The notes beneath the pieces are model-generated. The model had not been told where the DNA came from. It did no database searches and saw only the letters and a list, made by a program, of their open reading frames with translations. A stretch of 62,889 nucleotides of DNA, the filler included, from Polymyxa betae A26-41 (lineage: Eukaryota; Protista; Endomyxa: Phytomyxea), in assembly GCA_003693705.1 (NCBI GenBank). It is 7 parts of 7 records of this genome, joined end to end, with 100 filler letters (N's around TTAATTAATTAA, not from the genome) between each part and the next. Parts side by side here need not be neighbours in the genome. Positions count along the whole stretch, not along the records: positions 10,934 to 29,985 come from RBZT01000447.1; 6 more parts are not named here. One strand, written 5' to 3'. A program made the position numbers and the translations under genes. Of the stretch, positions 13,901-27,380 are shown piece by piece. The stretch's first letter is position 1; every line of letters begins with the position of its first letter.

Positions 13901-14264
13901 ACGTTGACACCGAGCTTTACATCCTGCAGCCGAAGGGATTCGAGCAATACGACGACCAGGGAGAGATCCTAGTATGCAAGTTAAGAAAGGCAATATACGG
14001 CTTAAAACAGGCTGGCTTAGCCTGGTATGATCACCTTTCGAGACTGTTAATGAAGTTGAAGTTCAGGAAGTCGCTTCACGACCCATGTCTTTTTATCAAT
14101 ACCGCTGGAGTTTATCTGGCGACCTACGTGGACGATATAATTATAGCATCAAAGTTACAAGAAGCTGTTACCGCAGTCGAAGATGGGATGGAGCAGCATC
14201 TGAAGATCAAGCGCTTAGGAGAGATAAGACATTTACTAAGATGGAAGGTCACCAGTTTAGAGAG

Positions 14265-14478
14265 TGTAGCAAATTATTACTTTATTAGAAGAAAATACAA
14301 GAATAGTTGGCAAGTTTCCAAGCTACGACGAGGCTGCGCTAAGATTCGCCCACGGAGTCCTGCGGACACCGTGACGGCCTTTGGGTCCTGGACGTTTCCA
14401 TGACTGAAATACAGATTCATTCTAGATTCTGCCTTCGTCTTTGCGTGTCAAATTCCTAGGACTATTACGACCGCTACA
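14265..14478 (+). repeat. 5' LTR of Gypsy-2
   Basis: TGTAGC...GCTACA inverted termini, starting where copia RT similarity stops. Confidence 0.8.
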
Positions 14479-14497
14479 AAGAATTCTTCCTAGCAGG

Positions 14498-16222
14498 ATG
14501 GCTACATTGACGATTACAACTGATGACGAACCAATCTTCGATGATCAGGAGATAGTCTATGACTGGAGAACTCCAACCGAAGAAGACGACGAAACGGGCC
14601 AAGGATCTGTTGAAGAAGTTGATGATGACCATAGTCAACGAATGCTGAACAATGGCGACGACCAGGACACGGGAAATAGCCTCGGTGCGCCCAATAATGA
14701 AGAATTGGTGGATAACCATAGCCGCCAGAGGACTGATAGCCGAACACGAAGCGTGGCCTCCGGCAATCTCGCTGTGATCGAGACGAACAAGGCTCCGGTA
14801 CTCCGGAAACTGGATCGCAAAGCGATTCTTAAATTCGTTGACAGCAGAGAACGTTACCTGCGCAATTTCCACGATGCAAACACTGCAGGGAATCCACGTT
14901 CGTTGGTTTCGATGATAGAAACGACTATGCTGGAGACGGTCTGTGAATGCGATCTGGGTATTGATGCTGAAAGCGTCAGTGACCAAGACATCGAGGCTTG
15001 GATCAACCAGGCCTTGAAAGAGGATCGGTCGCAGGATTCTCAGATCGAGAAGAAGATGAGGAAGATGAAGATGAACTTAATGATTGAGGCCCGCAGCCTC
15101 CGGGTCACAGACCTGTTGGCCCAATTCAATAAAATTGTCAAAGACAATGGTTGGAAACACCTCTTCACCGATGAAGATGGGCAAAAGATGAAAATTCGGT
15201 TCCTTGTGAATGCAATTGAACCGAAGGAGCTCAAAACCATAATTAAAACCAAGATGAACATTGAGCCCCGGTTTACGAAGCATCCCACGGCGTTTCTGTT
15301 ACTACTGCGTGAGAAGACCATCAACCATGAAGAAACGCGAACGCTGAGCAAAAGGGAGGATGACGACAAGAAGACAACAGTGTGCAAACGGCAGCGCAAT
15401 GACGACAAGAAACCCCGTGAGATGACGAAGAACGAGAAGAATACGGACCGGTCCCAGCTGAGATGTTTCAACTGTGGAAAGTATGGACACGCAGCGTTCA
15501 AATGCCCGGAAGGCCTGTCCAAAGAAGAGGTCCACAAGCTGCTGAAAAAGCACGATAATAAATTCAAGAAGAATTCCAACTACGATATGGTCTGCAGGAT
15601 TGGTAGTGTCCTAGATGAAAGTCGCCAGATAGATGTGAAGATTAGTGATGGTCTGTATGTCCCTGGCATACTTGACAGTGGCGCCACGGATATGTCGCTG
15701 ATCCCACTTCGAATAGCGCAGATGGCGATTCGAAACGACCCAACAATCAAGACGGAACGGCTAAGACAGCCAGTACGACTTCGACTAGGTGACAACAGAA
15801 CTGAGGTAGAAGCCACGGAGTGCGTCAGACTAGATATTGGGCTACGCACAAAAGTCGGAGAAATTGTTACTAGACAGCGAAAGTGCCTGGTCTGGGACGT
15901 TCCTAGTGATGAGATCATACTTGGGAGTGACCTATTAGAAGAACTTGGCATAGAACCAAAAACTGCGCTTGACGCATTAATTATCCAAAAGAGGGCCAGA
16001 ACAGATGAAGTCAAGGTCACAGAAGAAGAAGATTCCAAAGGCGACGAGACCTTATCGGAAGATTTCGAAGATTTTGATGACATGGTAATAAAAAACCACA
16101 CAGATGTCGAAGAAATCGAAAAAGGTCTGAAACCCTTAACTGAAGAAGCTAGAAGAAATGGATTACCAGAAGAATGGACTTCAGCTGGCTCATACACAAG
16201 TATCGAGATGTATGGCGGGTGA
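14498..16222 (+). CDS. gag: Gypsy-2 Gag-protease
   Basis: Long ORF with CFNCGKYGHAAFKC, ILDSGAT and IILGSDLL. Confidence 0.85.
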   Translation: MATLTITTDDEPIFDDQEIVYDWRTPTEEDDETGQGSVEEVDDDHSQRMLNNGDDQDTGNSLGAPNNEELVDNHSRQRTDSRTRSVASGNLAVIETNKAPVLRKLDRKAILKFVDSRERYLRNFHDANTAGNPRSLVSMIETTMLETVCECDLGIDAESVSDQDIEAWINQALKEDRSQDSQIEKKMRKMKMNLMIEARSLRVTDLLAQFNKIVKDNGWKHLFTDEDGQKMKIRFLVNAIEPKELKTIIKTKMNIEPRFTKHPTAFLLLLREKTINHEETRTLSKREDDDKKTTVCKRQRNDDKKPREMTKNEKNTDRSQLRCFNCGKYGHAAFKCPEGLSKEEVHKLLKKHDNKFKKNSNYDMVCRIGSVLDESRQIDVKISDGLYVPGILDSGATDMSLIPLRIAQMAIRNDPTIKTERLRQPVRLRLGDNRTEVEATECVRLDIGLRTKVGEIVTRQRKCLVWDVPSDEIILGSDLLEELGIEPKTALDALIIQKRARTDEVKVTEEEDSKGDETLSEDFEDFDDMVIKNHTDVEEIEKGLKPLTEEARRNGLPEEWTSAGSYTSIEMYGG

Positions 16223-19200
16223 CGTTGGGCCCAGACGCACCGGCGAGAGTTACACCGTTTGTAACCCGGCTAATACCGCATGCAAGGCCATACAAATGTC
16301 CCAATCGGCGGTATCGTACAGATGATAGCAAATTTTTACGACAGTTCATCACAGAACTGGAAACCAACAATCTGGTAGAAGAAAACCCCAATTCAGAATG
16401 GGCTTCCCCAGTTGTCGTCGTGAAGAAATAAGATGGAAGTAGAAGGATGTGCGTCGATCTGCGAGGAGTGAACGCAATATCGGAAAGTACAACATGGCCA
16501 ATGCCATTTTTGGAAGCCATAGTAAATTGGATCCAAATTCTGGTTCAAACTAGACGCATTTAAAGGCTTTTGGATGATGCCATTAGCAGAGGAATGCCGT
16601 GAAATGTTCTCATTCATGACAGACAGAGGAGTTTATATACCGAAAAGATCCATACAGGGCGCTCTGAACTCTACTACGCAGTTTCAGGCGATAATGACTG
16701 AAATATTTAAGAGTCTAATACAAGAATCTGTAATTGTATGGATTGATGACCTATTAGGGTACGCAAGTTCACTGGATATCTGTTTTCGTACTAGAAGCGA
16801 CATTAAGACTAGCAGCTAAACATAATATTAAGCTGAACTTGAAGAAATGTGAATTGTTCACTCGTAGAGTTAAGTTCTGCGGACGAATATTCACTCCGGA
16901 CGGAGTCACGCACGACACCGCCAGAATAGATGCGCTGCTTGCGATTCCGCAACCAAAAACGGCCCGGGACCTGCACCAGTTTCTGATGGCAACACAATGG
17001 ATGAGCAGGTCTATCCCTGAATACAATAAAATGGTTCATGTCTTACAAGATATATTTGCTTAGTATGAAGGATCAACCATCGAGGAAAAAAAAGCATGGC
17101 GAGGCAAGTCCGACTCTCTAGTATGGATGGAGCCCAGAACATGCGCTCGTTTTTGAGAAGCTGAAGACAGCGATAGCCAACAATGTTAAGCTGGCATATC
17201 CAAGAGAAGACATGGTACAGTGCATGTTCACAGATGCCAATGAATCGAGCACTTCAGGAATGGTGACTCAGATTCCAATGGAAGATATAAATAAACCTGT
17301 ATCGTTACAGAAGCATGAGCCATTAGGATTTGTAGGCCACCGGTTTAATAGATGTGAAATGAACTGTAGTGTTGCCGAGAAAGAAGGGTTCACAATAAAA
17401 GACACGATGCAGAAGTTGGATTATTTATTACAGATGAATCGACCATTCAAATTATTCAGCGATCATAAAAACCTGATACAAATATTTTCGCCAACGAATG
17501 TGTCAAAACCAACTGCTCAGAAGCTACAAAGGTGGGCCCTTTACATGCAGCGATTTCACTACCAAATCGAGCACATCAAAGGAGAAGAAAACATTTGGGC
17601 CGATCTGATGACAAGATGGGGAGCGAAACCAGCTGATGACGAAAGCTATACGCATCGATTGATCCGCAGAGTGCGCGCAGTAACTGTCCCAGATGACCAG
17701 AGAATTAGACCTTTACAAAACCCCGAGTTTGTATGGCCTACAGTAGAAGAGATACAGAAAATTCAGAAGAAATGGTTATCAAATAATGACAGCCGAAAAA
17801 TAAATGAAGACGGTTTAATAGTCACAGATAAGAAAAAAGTGATAATTCCGATAGAAGCAGAAGAAATAAGATGCCGGTTATGTATAATCGCCCATGCTGG
17901 AGGAAACAGTGGACACCTAGGGTACGAGACCAGCGCGCAAAAACGGACGCAGTTTTTTCACTGGAAGAGCTGCACCGAAGACGTAAAGGCGGTATGCAGT
18001 TCATGCCTGCACTGCTTGCCCACCAGAGGAGGAATGAGGATCCCACGACCTCTAGGAACTCAGGTTCACGGTCAGCAACCGAATGAATTGTTACACATGG
18101 ATTGGATCTATATCTGGCCAATGAAGAAGAACGGTATTCATGAATACCAGTGGAACCTAATTCTACGAGATGACCTATCAGGGATGATAACGATAACACC
18201 CGCAAAAATTCCTGATACCTCCGTAACAGTAAGGCACTGATGGAGTGGAGGGCCCTGTTCGGAATACCAAAAATACTGGTCTCTGATATGGCGTCCTACT
18301 TTGTTTCGACGACTATGAAGGAGTTCGCCAAAAGGTGTAATATGAAACAGCATATCACCACGGCATATGGACACTACAATATTGGCACTATTGAGGTTAT
18401 CAATAAAATATGTTTTAGCACTAATAAGAGCCCTATTGTCCGAACTCAGATGGGAGAAGGAATACTGGCCATGGCTGAACCGTAACGTTGAGCACACTAT
18501 AAACCACAGAGGACAGAATCGTCTGAATGGTAACGCGCCAGTAACAGTGATGACAGGATTGAAACCTGACAATCCACTTGACGAAATTTTTTAAAATCCC
18601 AGTACGACGGAGTTTTACAAAAATTGCGTTGACAAGAAAAGCATTCAGATGAAAGTTGAAGAATTGCGGGACGTGCTAGACAGCATGCATAAGGCAGTCT
18701 CTAAGACATCCGCAAAACAAAGGACGCTGAAGAAAACAAACCAGAAGAAGTTCAGAAGAGAACCAAACTTTGGAATAGGAGACTTTGTCTTGGTAGGCGT
18801 ACCGGAACCAACAAAGATGACGGGACGTAAACTATTAATAAAATGGCGTGGTCCATTCCGGATCACTGATACAGAGGACAATCACGTGTTCGAAGTGGAG
18901 AATATCATCGATCACAGTAGACGCAGGGTTCATGGCGACCTCATTCAACTATATGCTGATTCCAAACTTAATGTTACAGACGAAATAAAGAAACAGTTCG
19001 CACATGACAATGAATCGTATCAAGTGAACGATTTTATTAACTGCAGACTCAATCCTGAGATTGGACAGATAGAGTTGCTGGTCGAACGTGCTGCAAGTTT
19101 GACGAAATTCGGTATGGAAGATTGTAACCCGGCGACGACACCAGCTGTACATGGACAAGTAAGTCAGCAGGACAAGCAAGAAGAGGAAGACACTAACTTC

Positions 19201-19922
19201 CCTTATCGCGAATGCGTTGGAAGTTTGATGTATATGGCGAACAGCACGCGTCCTGACATCGCATATGCGGTCCATCACGCAGCAAGGTTCGTCACTGATC
19301 CAAAACTTGAACACATACAAGCAGTAAAGCGGATCTTACGATACTTACGAGGGACGATCGACACAGGCATCATCTTCAACGTGACAAGAGCAACGGCCTG
19401 ACCGGATACGCCGATGCCGACTTTGCTGGGCACGACGGCGATTCTCGCTCAACATCTGGCTACATTTTTATGTTGAACGGGCCGATTACGTGGTCATCAA
19501 GACGCCAACGGCTTACCGCTCTCTCGACAACGGAGGCTGAAATATATGCATTAGCAGAGGCAAGCAAGGAAGCGATGTGGATTGTCAGCTTACAGAAAGA
19601 CATGGAAGTGCTACCGCACGAGGTTTCGATCAAGATGATGGAAGACAACGCCGCCAGTTACGCCTTTGTCACCGGGGTGAAGGCGCCGACGAGAACGAAA
19701 CACCTGGCAGTCCGGATCGGGTTCGTACGTGATCTGATCAGCAACAAGGTCATCGAAATGGAGCGTTGTCCGACGACGGCGATGCTCGCCGACCCGCTCA
19801 CGAAGGCGCTCGGGCCAACCGAGTTCAGACGAAAGATGGCGACAATCGTCTCTATCGATATGAATGACAAGGGCTGCGCGCGCACTTTTAAAGGCGCCAA
19901 GTTCAAGTCGGCCGAGGGAGAG

Positions 19923-20154
19923 TGTCAGATTACCACCTGTGACGGGCAGCGCCTCCTCTTGTTGGTTGCGCCACCTCCAACTGTTGACGACTTGACGGTC
20001 GTACCCGACCTATACGATGCGATTGACTACCTTTCTTACAGTCAAAGCGACCTATTTGCAGTCTGTCATAGACTGACGAAAAGATCTGGAAATAAAGACC
20101 TATTTTTATTCGCTATTTTTCTGCTAGACTGTCCTTTAGACCCAAGCTTTTACA
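19923..20154 (+). repeat. 3' LTR of Copia-3
   Basis: TG...CA after the PPT; Gypsy RT (ASPVLVVKK) resumes immediately after 20154. Confidence 0.8.
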
Positions 20155-23100
20155 GGCTTCACCTGTGTTGGTGGTTAAAAAAGAAGGAGGTGGTCACAGG
20201 ATGTGTGTTGATTTACGTGCTGTAAACACCATGTCTGAGAGTACAGTATGGCCAATGCCCTTTCTTGAGTCCATTGTTACTCATTTGGGAGATTCTAAAT
20301 ATTGGTTCAAGTTAGATGCTTTTAAGGGTTTTTGGCTTATGCCGTTAGCAGAAGAATGTCAATCAATGTTCTCTTTTATGACAGATAGAGCAGTTTTCAC
20401 TCCGAGAAGATCTATTCAAGGAGCTTTGAATTCAGCTATTCAATTTCAATCCAGGATGCATGAAGTATTCTAGGATTTGATATTTGACAAGCTAATTATC
20501 TGGATTGATGATTTGCTTGGACATGCTGCGACGTTAGGGCAGTGGTTTGTCATTTTAGAAAGTGTTTAACAGTTGGCTTCACAGTTTAATATTAAATCCA
20601 ATATTGAAAAGTGTGAGCTCTTTTCCACTGAAGTCAAGTACTGTGGTAGAATATTTTCTATTAGCGGAGTGTCTCATGACCCAATGCGAGTTAAAGCTTT
20701 GATAGAGACATCTCAGCCGAAAACAGCAAGAGACTTACAGCAGTTTCTTATGACAGCTTCAATGGATGAGTAGGAGTATCCCGAGTTTAATACTAAGGTA
20801 TATGCTTTACAGCAAATTTTTGAAGAAGCTATGAAGAGACAGCGGTAGAACTATGACGATTGTTAGACAAGTTAGGCTTTCAAAATATGGCTGGAGTCCT
20901 TTGCATGCGTTGGCTTTTGAGGAACTTAAGGCGGCAATTGCTCATCATGTGAAATTGTCATATCCAAAAAAAGATATGATTCAGTGCGTGTACACTGATG
21001 CTAATGAAAGCAATAATTCTGCAGTAGTTACGCAGATACCGTTATCGGATTTAGATAAACTTGTAGCGCAACAAAGACACGAGCCTTTGGGATTTTGTAG
21101 AGGCGCTCAATTGAATTGGTCAATTGTTGAGAAGGAAGGATTTGCAGTAGTTGATGCTTTGAATAAGCTTGATTACTTGCTAATGAGCGACAGACCATTT
21201 AAGCTATATGTTGATCATAAAAATCTAACACAGATCTTTTCCCCGTCCAATGTATCTAAGCCAGTGGCTCAGAAGTTACAGCGTTGGGCCTTAGGAATCC
21301 AGAAGTTTAACTATCAGATAAGTTATATTAAGGGTGAAGATAATGTGTGGTCAGTTTTGATGACTCGTTGGGGAGCATCAACAGCAACGAGTGTTATTAA
21401 CGTTCAAACTCTTAGAGTTGCTTCGTCCACAATTATGAAAAATATTCCAGTTGAATATAGAGTAAGACCATATTACAAAAGAAGGAATTTGTGTGGCCTT
21501 TAGTGGATGAAATTCGTAAATCTCAGAATAAGTATTTGAAATCAGCTACCTATGTCAATGACGACAATTTAAAAGTGAGTAAAACGGGCAAGATAAAGAT
21601 TCCGTTAGAAGACGAGGATCTTAGAATACGTTTGTGTATCATAGCTCATGCAGGAGGAAATATTGGACATATCGGCTACCAAGTTGCATCCGCTAAATTG
21701 GCTGAATATTTTCATTGGCCGAATATGCATACTGACATGAGAAAGTTGTGCAAGAGTTGCTTACTTTTTTTCCTACCAGGGGTGGTATGAGAATACCAAG
21801 GCCGTTAAGAGAAGCGGTTCATGTGCAGTATCCAAATCATGTAGTTCACATGGATTGGATTTATGTGATGACGGCTGAAAAGAAAGGCTCGCATAATTAC
21901 CAGTGGAATCTGATTTTACGAGACGATCTCTCAGGTTATGTTAGAATTACGCCAGCTGCAATACCTGATAGTATAGTCACAGTAGATGCATTGATGGATT
22001 GGAGAGCTTCATCTAGAACTCCTGAAATCATAGTGACTGATATGGCATCATATTTTATGTCTCAGGTCATGAAAGATTTTACCCAGAGGTGTAACATGAA
22101 GCATCATTTTACAGTGGCTTATGGTCATTATAGTAATGGTTCCATTGAGGTAATCAATAAGCATTATCTAGCCCTAATCCGAGCTCTCATTTCTGAGCTA
22201 CATTGGAATAAGAGTGACTGGCCTTGGCTCAATAAGAATATAGAGCATACCTTGAATCATCGCACGCAGTCTAGACTGGGTGAGAAGGCTCCAGTGACAG
22301 TTTTTACTGGTCAACGTCCAGATAATCCTTTAGACCAATTATTTGGAAAGGTTAAGGATGGCTCATTGAATTATTTTAGTCCCGTTAGAGAAGCTAACAC
22401 AAGAAGTGGAAAAGGTAAAGGATTCACTAGCAAAGATGCAAAGAGGAATAGTACTTATCTCAGAGGATTTACGTCGGAAAAACCGTATCCAATCTCGAAT
22501 CTATGAAAGGAACCTAATTTTACTATTGGGGATTATGTCTTGGTTGGAGATCCTGATCCAGTGAAAAGAGCTTGTAAGAAGTTACATTTACAGTGGAAGG
22601 GTCCATTTCATGTAACAGATACCTTAAATAATTACATTTTCGAAGTCGAAAATATTGTGAATGGTACAAAACGGATTGTACATGGGGACCGAATTAGATA
22701 TTATGCTGATAAGCAGTTAAATATAACTGAAGAGATAAAGGACCAGTTTACTTATGATAACGCAAGTTATGAGGTTGAGCGATTTCGAGATTGCCGTTTC
22801 AATTCTGATACTCAGCGGATTGAATTTTTGGTTGATTGGAAAGGTTTCACTCAGACAGACTTAGCTGGGAACCGCTCGAGAGTCTTTGGACGGATGTTCC
22901 TAGTTTGGTACAACGCTATTTATAAAGATTTGAAGTTATCAAATCATGCATTAGCAGATATGGTTCTTGAAGAGCTTAAGAAGTGGACTCTGAAGTGAGT
23001 TGCATGGCTTTTTCCATTCTCTCGCCCGATGGTTTTTTAATGCCGCAACTTAGGATTTCCCGGATCCTCATACAATATCCATAGCTTTTGTTAGGGAGGG

Positions 23101-23300
23101 GAGTGTGTCAATATATACGCAATATTTGACTAACCTCCGATCGGACCTGACTAAACTCCGTTAACGGTGAAACGGAAACTCTCCGAGTTCCGAGCCTACC
23201 TCCGATCTTAGTGATATATAAGGGCTTGTAATCCATCTAATATAATCATTCTGCATTCATCATTACAACTGTAACATCAATTTAGTAGACTTGCTACACA
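20155..23300 (+). mobile_element. Ty3/Gypsy retrotransposon (Gypsy-3), 3' half with chromodomain, PPT and 3' LTR; relative of Gypsy-2
   Basis: RT (RMCVDLR, WIDD), RNaseH, IN, chromodomain-like YEVERFRDCR..EFLVDWKGF, PPT AGGGAGGGGAG, LTR 23104-23300 TGTG...CACA. Confidence 0.92.
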
Positions 23301-24170
23301 AATGAGAAACGATGTTACGTTTTAATATATGTCGATGATGTCATTGTCGCAACAAATTCGAAAACTGCGTTAACCGACTTAAAAAATCGTGCTCAGAGCA
23401 GTTCAAAGTAAAGATCTTAGGTCCCTTAAAATATTTTCTCAACGTTGAGGTGATTCGAGATAGATCAAATCATAAAATATGGCTATCACAAGCCCAATAC
23501 ATCGCGGCTTTACTAAATCAAACAAAAATGACAAACTGTAATCCGACTCCAACACCGGATATCCCAAATTCCCGACTTCACTCCGGAATGAGCCCTCAAA
23601 CAGAAACTGAGCGTGACTTCATGAAACAAATTGGCTATCGCGATGCTGTTGGCTCACTACAATGCTTAGCTTTAAAAATGAGGCCTGATATCGCTCACGC
23701 AGTGCAGCAAATCGCACAATTTTGCCAAAATCCTGGTAAGAAACACTGGGAGGCAATAAAATACATCTTACGCTATTTAAGCGGAACCATAAACTATGGC
23801 ATAGAATACTGCGGAAAATCCCAGTTACTCCACGCATATTTTGGACAGTGCGCAACAAATATTCCGAAGTTCGCCATGTTCGCAGATTCCGATTGGGCAA
23901 ATGACCCCGACAAAAGAATGTCCGTCGGCGGTTTTGCGTTCATGATGCACGGCGGAGTTATTGACTATAACTGTAAAAAGTTCACCGACACTCCCCTATC
24001 ATCCACAGAAGCCGAATGGTACGCTGCCTGCGAAGCTGGCAAAAATGGCTTAATGCTACGCAATTCGCTAAGTGAGATCGGACAGCCAATGTCGAATCCT
24101 CTAATAATCTTCGAAGACAACCAGGGTTGCATCAGTTACGGTAAACTGAGCGCCAACCAATCATCAGTGA
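23301..24170 (+). mobile_element. Ty1/copia RT-RNaseH remnant (Copia-4)
   Basis: LIYVDDVIV, RPDIAHAV, FADSDWAND, SSTEAEW, IFEDNQG; closely similar to 56275-57048. Confidence 0.92.
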
Positions 24171-24390
24171 GAGCATGTACAGATGTTGCGTGATTCCATG
24201 CGTGATTGCCGACTTTGTCCCCATTCGCGCATGCGTTAATATTTCTCATCTCCCACCGGTGCGTTTCTTCGTGCGTTCGTATTCACGCAGGGTGAATCCA
24301 TGCGTGAAGTTGAGCGCATGGATTCCTGCTTGAGTAATAAACAATTTCGAAAAGTTTTGGTTCTGTTTCTACTCGTTTTCGTTCATCGAA

Positions 24391-25367
24391 ATGGCCCCAC
24401 GCTTCAGCTCCGATGAGGATCGGCGATTATGTTCGGCTTGGATCGATATTTCCCAGGATCCTATAAAAGGGAATAATCAGAAGCGGGATGAGCTCTGGAT
24501 CAACATTGCAAATATGTTGAATGCCAACATTGAGGAAGACCAAAAGGGTTTTCGTAACCAGGAGCAATAATATAACCGATTCAGGGTCAGCTTGATTATT
24601 ATAGGATTACATGTTCACATTGCGAATTCAATTTGCATCTAGGCAATCCAAACATCGGTAAATAAATTTATTTCCTGTGTTTTATTAGCTCAGTCGAAAT
24701 ATCAATCTGGGTGGAATGATGCTGACTATCATCGTAAAGCTAAAGCACTTTACGAAACAAAAGAGAAAAAGGAATTCCAGCTTGATCACTGCTACGAGAT
24801 TCAACAGCGTGTTGAAAAATTCAAAACAGAGCCTGCGGTTTCCAAAAAAAAACTAGAATCTGTCGAAAAATTGGCAACTGCAGATGGGAGTGGTTCAACC
24901 CCCCAAGGAAACGATAGTGGGATGAAAACCCCATCCAGACCGATGGGCCGAAAGCAAGCTAAGCGATTATCTTATGGCACGCCTGATGATGTAATTCGCC
25001 AGGCAAAACTAGCCAGGATTCAGGCGTAAACCGAGGCAGCACAAGCGGCTGCTCAGAAAGTTCGCTCGATTTCGACCGAGATTAATGAGCTTCGCAGCAC
25101 GCTATCGTGACGCCTCGCTGCGGCTTCGGAGGGCCGGCCTGGGCCGGATCTTTCGTGCAACTTGACAAGGCTCGCGCTGAAGAAGAGCTGCTTGATCGCC
25201 AGCTAGCCATCGCTCGCAAGCGACTGGAGCTTCAAAAGCTTCATGAGAACTTGGGATTGCCGCAAGCTGTGGAATCGCAAGGTTCATGTCAATGCGACCC
25301 TTGGTCTAGCAACCAGGTCCAGGAAAGTCTGGATGATGAATTCTTCCACTCTGTCACTCGTGAATGA
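24391..25367 (+). pseudogene. Harbinger Myb/SANT-like DNA-binding ORF
   Basis: MAPRFSSDEDRRLCSAWIDISQDPIKGNNQKRDELW, intron ~24585-24642, FQLDHCYEI, RPMGRKQAK; in-frame stops. Confidence 0.8.
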
Positions 25368-25438
25368 ATTAGAGATTGATGACTGTCTTCACAATGAACT
25401 GGTATTGTTAGGGTTAGGCACTTACTAGTTGAGCTCAG

Positions 25439-26875
25439 TTACTCGCAATCTGCATCCCCGAATCGATTCCAGATGTAGTCGATTAGCGCTAGTTGAAGCC
25501 GTTTGTGTTCCTGTTTGCTTTGCACCTCACGGATTCGTTGGGCTTGTGATGATAATGTCGCAGGCATGTCCTGACAGCTTTCTTCAACTACAAAAGGGTG
25601 CTCTGGCTGATAATGTTCATCGCTCTCTATATAATTAATCCGAATCCAAACCATGATCCTGCGCAAATCAACTGAGCTGATGAAGCAAGAGATCAAAATT
25701 GAAAATATCTTCTCATAATCAATGATGAGGTTATGCAGGATTACAAAAGCTTTGATTACAATGGCCATAGCATTCCGATCCCACAGCTCACACGGTTTCG
25801 TCAGAACGTGGAATCTTCTTTGCAGAATGCCGAATGCTCGTTCGATATCTTTACGAACACCTTCTTGCTTCCTAGCAAACAATTTCGTTTTCCTGCTAGA
25901 GGGGTTACGAACGGTTTTCACAATACAAGCATGTTCAGGATAAATTCCATCTCCTAGCCAGTAGGCGAAATTGAATCTCTCACCATTTACTTCAAACTTG
26001 ACAGATGGAGACTGGTCATTGATGATATCATGGTAAAGATGCGACCTAGCGATACTTTGGTGATAGGGACGTAAACCGAGAATCATTTTACCTATCCAGC
26101 ACGTTAATATCATTTAGACATCCGGGAGTTCCGAAGAAGAAGTGCCAAAATCGACAGCTTTTTTCAGCTATGGCTTCCAGAATGATGGTCGGTCCGTCTT
26201 CTTTGCCTGAAGTAAACTGTCCCTGCCATGCCGTCGGGCAAATTTTCCATCGCCAATGCATGCAATCTAAACTTCCCAAGCAGCCAGGAAACCCTCGAGA
26301 TAAATTTTCCTCCAGAACGCGGTTAATATCGCTTGTAGTTGGCGACCGTAATGCCACGCTGCCATAGATTCGGTCAATGGATTGACAAAATCTTTTGAGG
26401 CACTCCAGAGCGGTAGATTTAGCCATCCTGTAAATGAACCGAACTTTGCTGGCCGAAGCACCGCTTGAAAGGATGCGAATGCTACTGCAAATCTTTGGTG
26501 GGATGAAAACCCCAAAAGGTTGGTGCAATCACGCTTCTGGAGGAAATAATCATCATCTTTGACTACGGCTTCAAGGATCTCGTTGAATAAACCCAACGGC
26601 ATCCGGTATAGTTCCTTAAATTCAGAAGGACTATGAACAGGATTCGCTGACCAGTAATCTTCCTTCAGCAGGCGATCGTAAAGTTCGCGTCGCCGAAGTT
26701 TGTTTGGACTACGATCCTTGCCAGCCCGCCTTGAAGAAGAAGGGTACTCCTCGTCGCTGCTTGATTCGGAACTAGAAGCCATAATCATAGGCAAAGGCGA
26801 GAAGCTATCACTTGATATCATCTCCAAATATTGCAGATACGCCTCAATTGCAGCTTCAACGCTTCGCGGGTCCAT
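25439..26875 (-). pseudogene. Harbinger DDE transposase (frameshifted)
   Basis: GFPGCLGSLDCMHWRWK, NDINVL, YWLGDGIYP, RKDIERAFGILQRRF, VILHNLI. Confidence 0.93.
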
Positions 26876-27380
26876 TGAAAACAGTTTTTTATAAAAAATT
26901 CAATTCACGCACGACTATATGATTGTGCTGCTGGGAAACAAGGGGATTTGCGTGATAATCTATGCGTGATTGGTGCATGAAGACTTCCAAATCACGCAGC
27001 ACAATCACGCAACCGCTGTACATGCTCTGAGACACTGTTTCCCCCGCTATGCGCAATAACACATAACCGCGTCTTCAAATCTTCACTCTGATCAGGAATT
27101 ATAATCCTGCAATCCCTCAATACTTTCAATCCTTCTGAATTAACTTTAATAGGAAGTATCAAAATTAGGGGGTATCAAAATTAGATTTTGTGCGCTCCCG
27201 GAGAATCGATTCTCCGAGGAGGTTTGAGACCCCCGGAGAATCGATTCTCCCACGAGATTCAGCAAATTTTTCGATTCTCCCGGGAGAATCACGGAAATAA
27301 AATAGCGTGATCGATTTTCGGGATTGATCTGGTCATGATGTGTCTGTGTGTCTGTCTCGAATATATCATCCATTTCTACT

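Larger units (their letters stand above)
14265..19085 (+). mobile_element. Ty3/Gypsy retrotransposon (Gypsy-2) with start of a chromodomain; 3' end deleted
   Basis: 5' LTR, gag-PR ORF, RT (EWASPVVVV, LDAFKGFW, WIDD), RNaseH (FTDA), IN, then YQVNDFINCRLNPEIGQIELLVE before the switch back to copia RT. Confidence 0.93.
10934..20154 (+). mobile_element. Ty1/copia retrotransposon (Copia-3), RT interrupted by Gypsy-2; itself inserted into Gypsy-3
   Basis: Gag-PR 10953-12461 (two CCHC knuckles, WVVDTGAS), IN 12413-13108, RT 13639-14264 (YVDD). Resumes near 19090 (LTKFGMEDCNP, RPDIAYAV), RNaseH to ~19850, PPT GAGGGAGAG, 3' LTR. Confidence 0.92.
24171..27027. mobile_element. full-length PIF/Harbinger (Pong-like) DNA transposon, both ORFs disrupted
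   Basis: 25-bp TIR GAGCATGTACAG(AT/CG)GTTGCGTGATT, 3-bp TSD TGA on both sides, subterminal GCGTGA repeats, two convergent ORFs. Confidence 0.95.

Noticed and set aside
18649-19401. Integrase-RT fusion protein; likewise ORFs 13639-14403 and 19470-20225
   Set aside because: In-frame read-through across TE junctions, not real chimeric genes.
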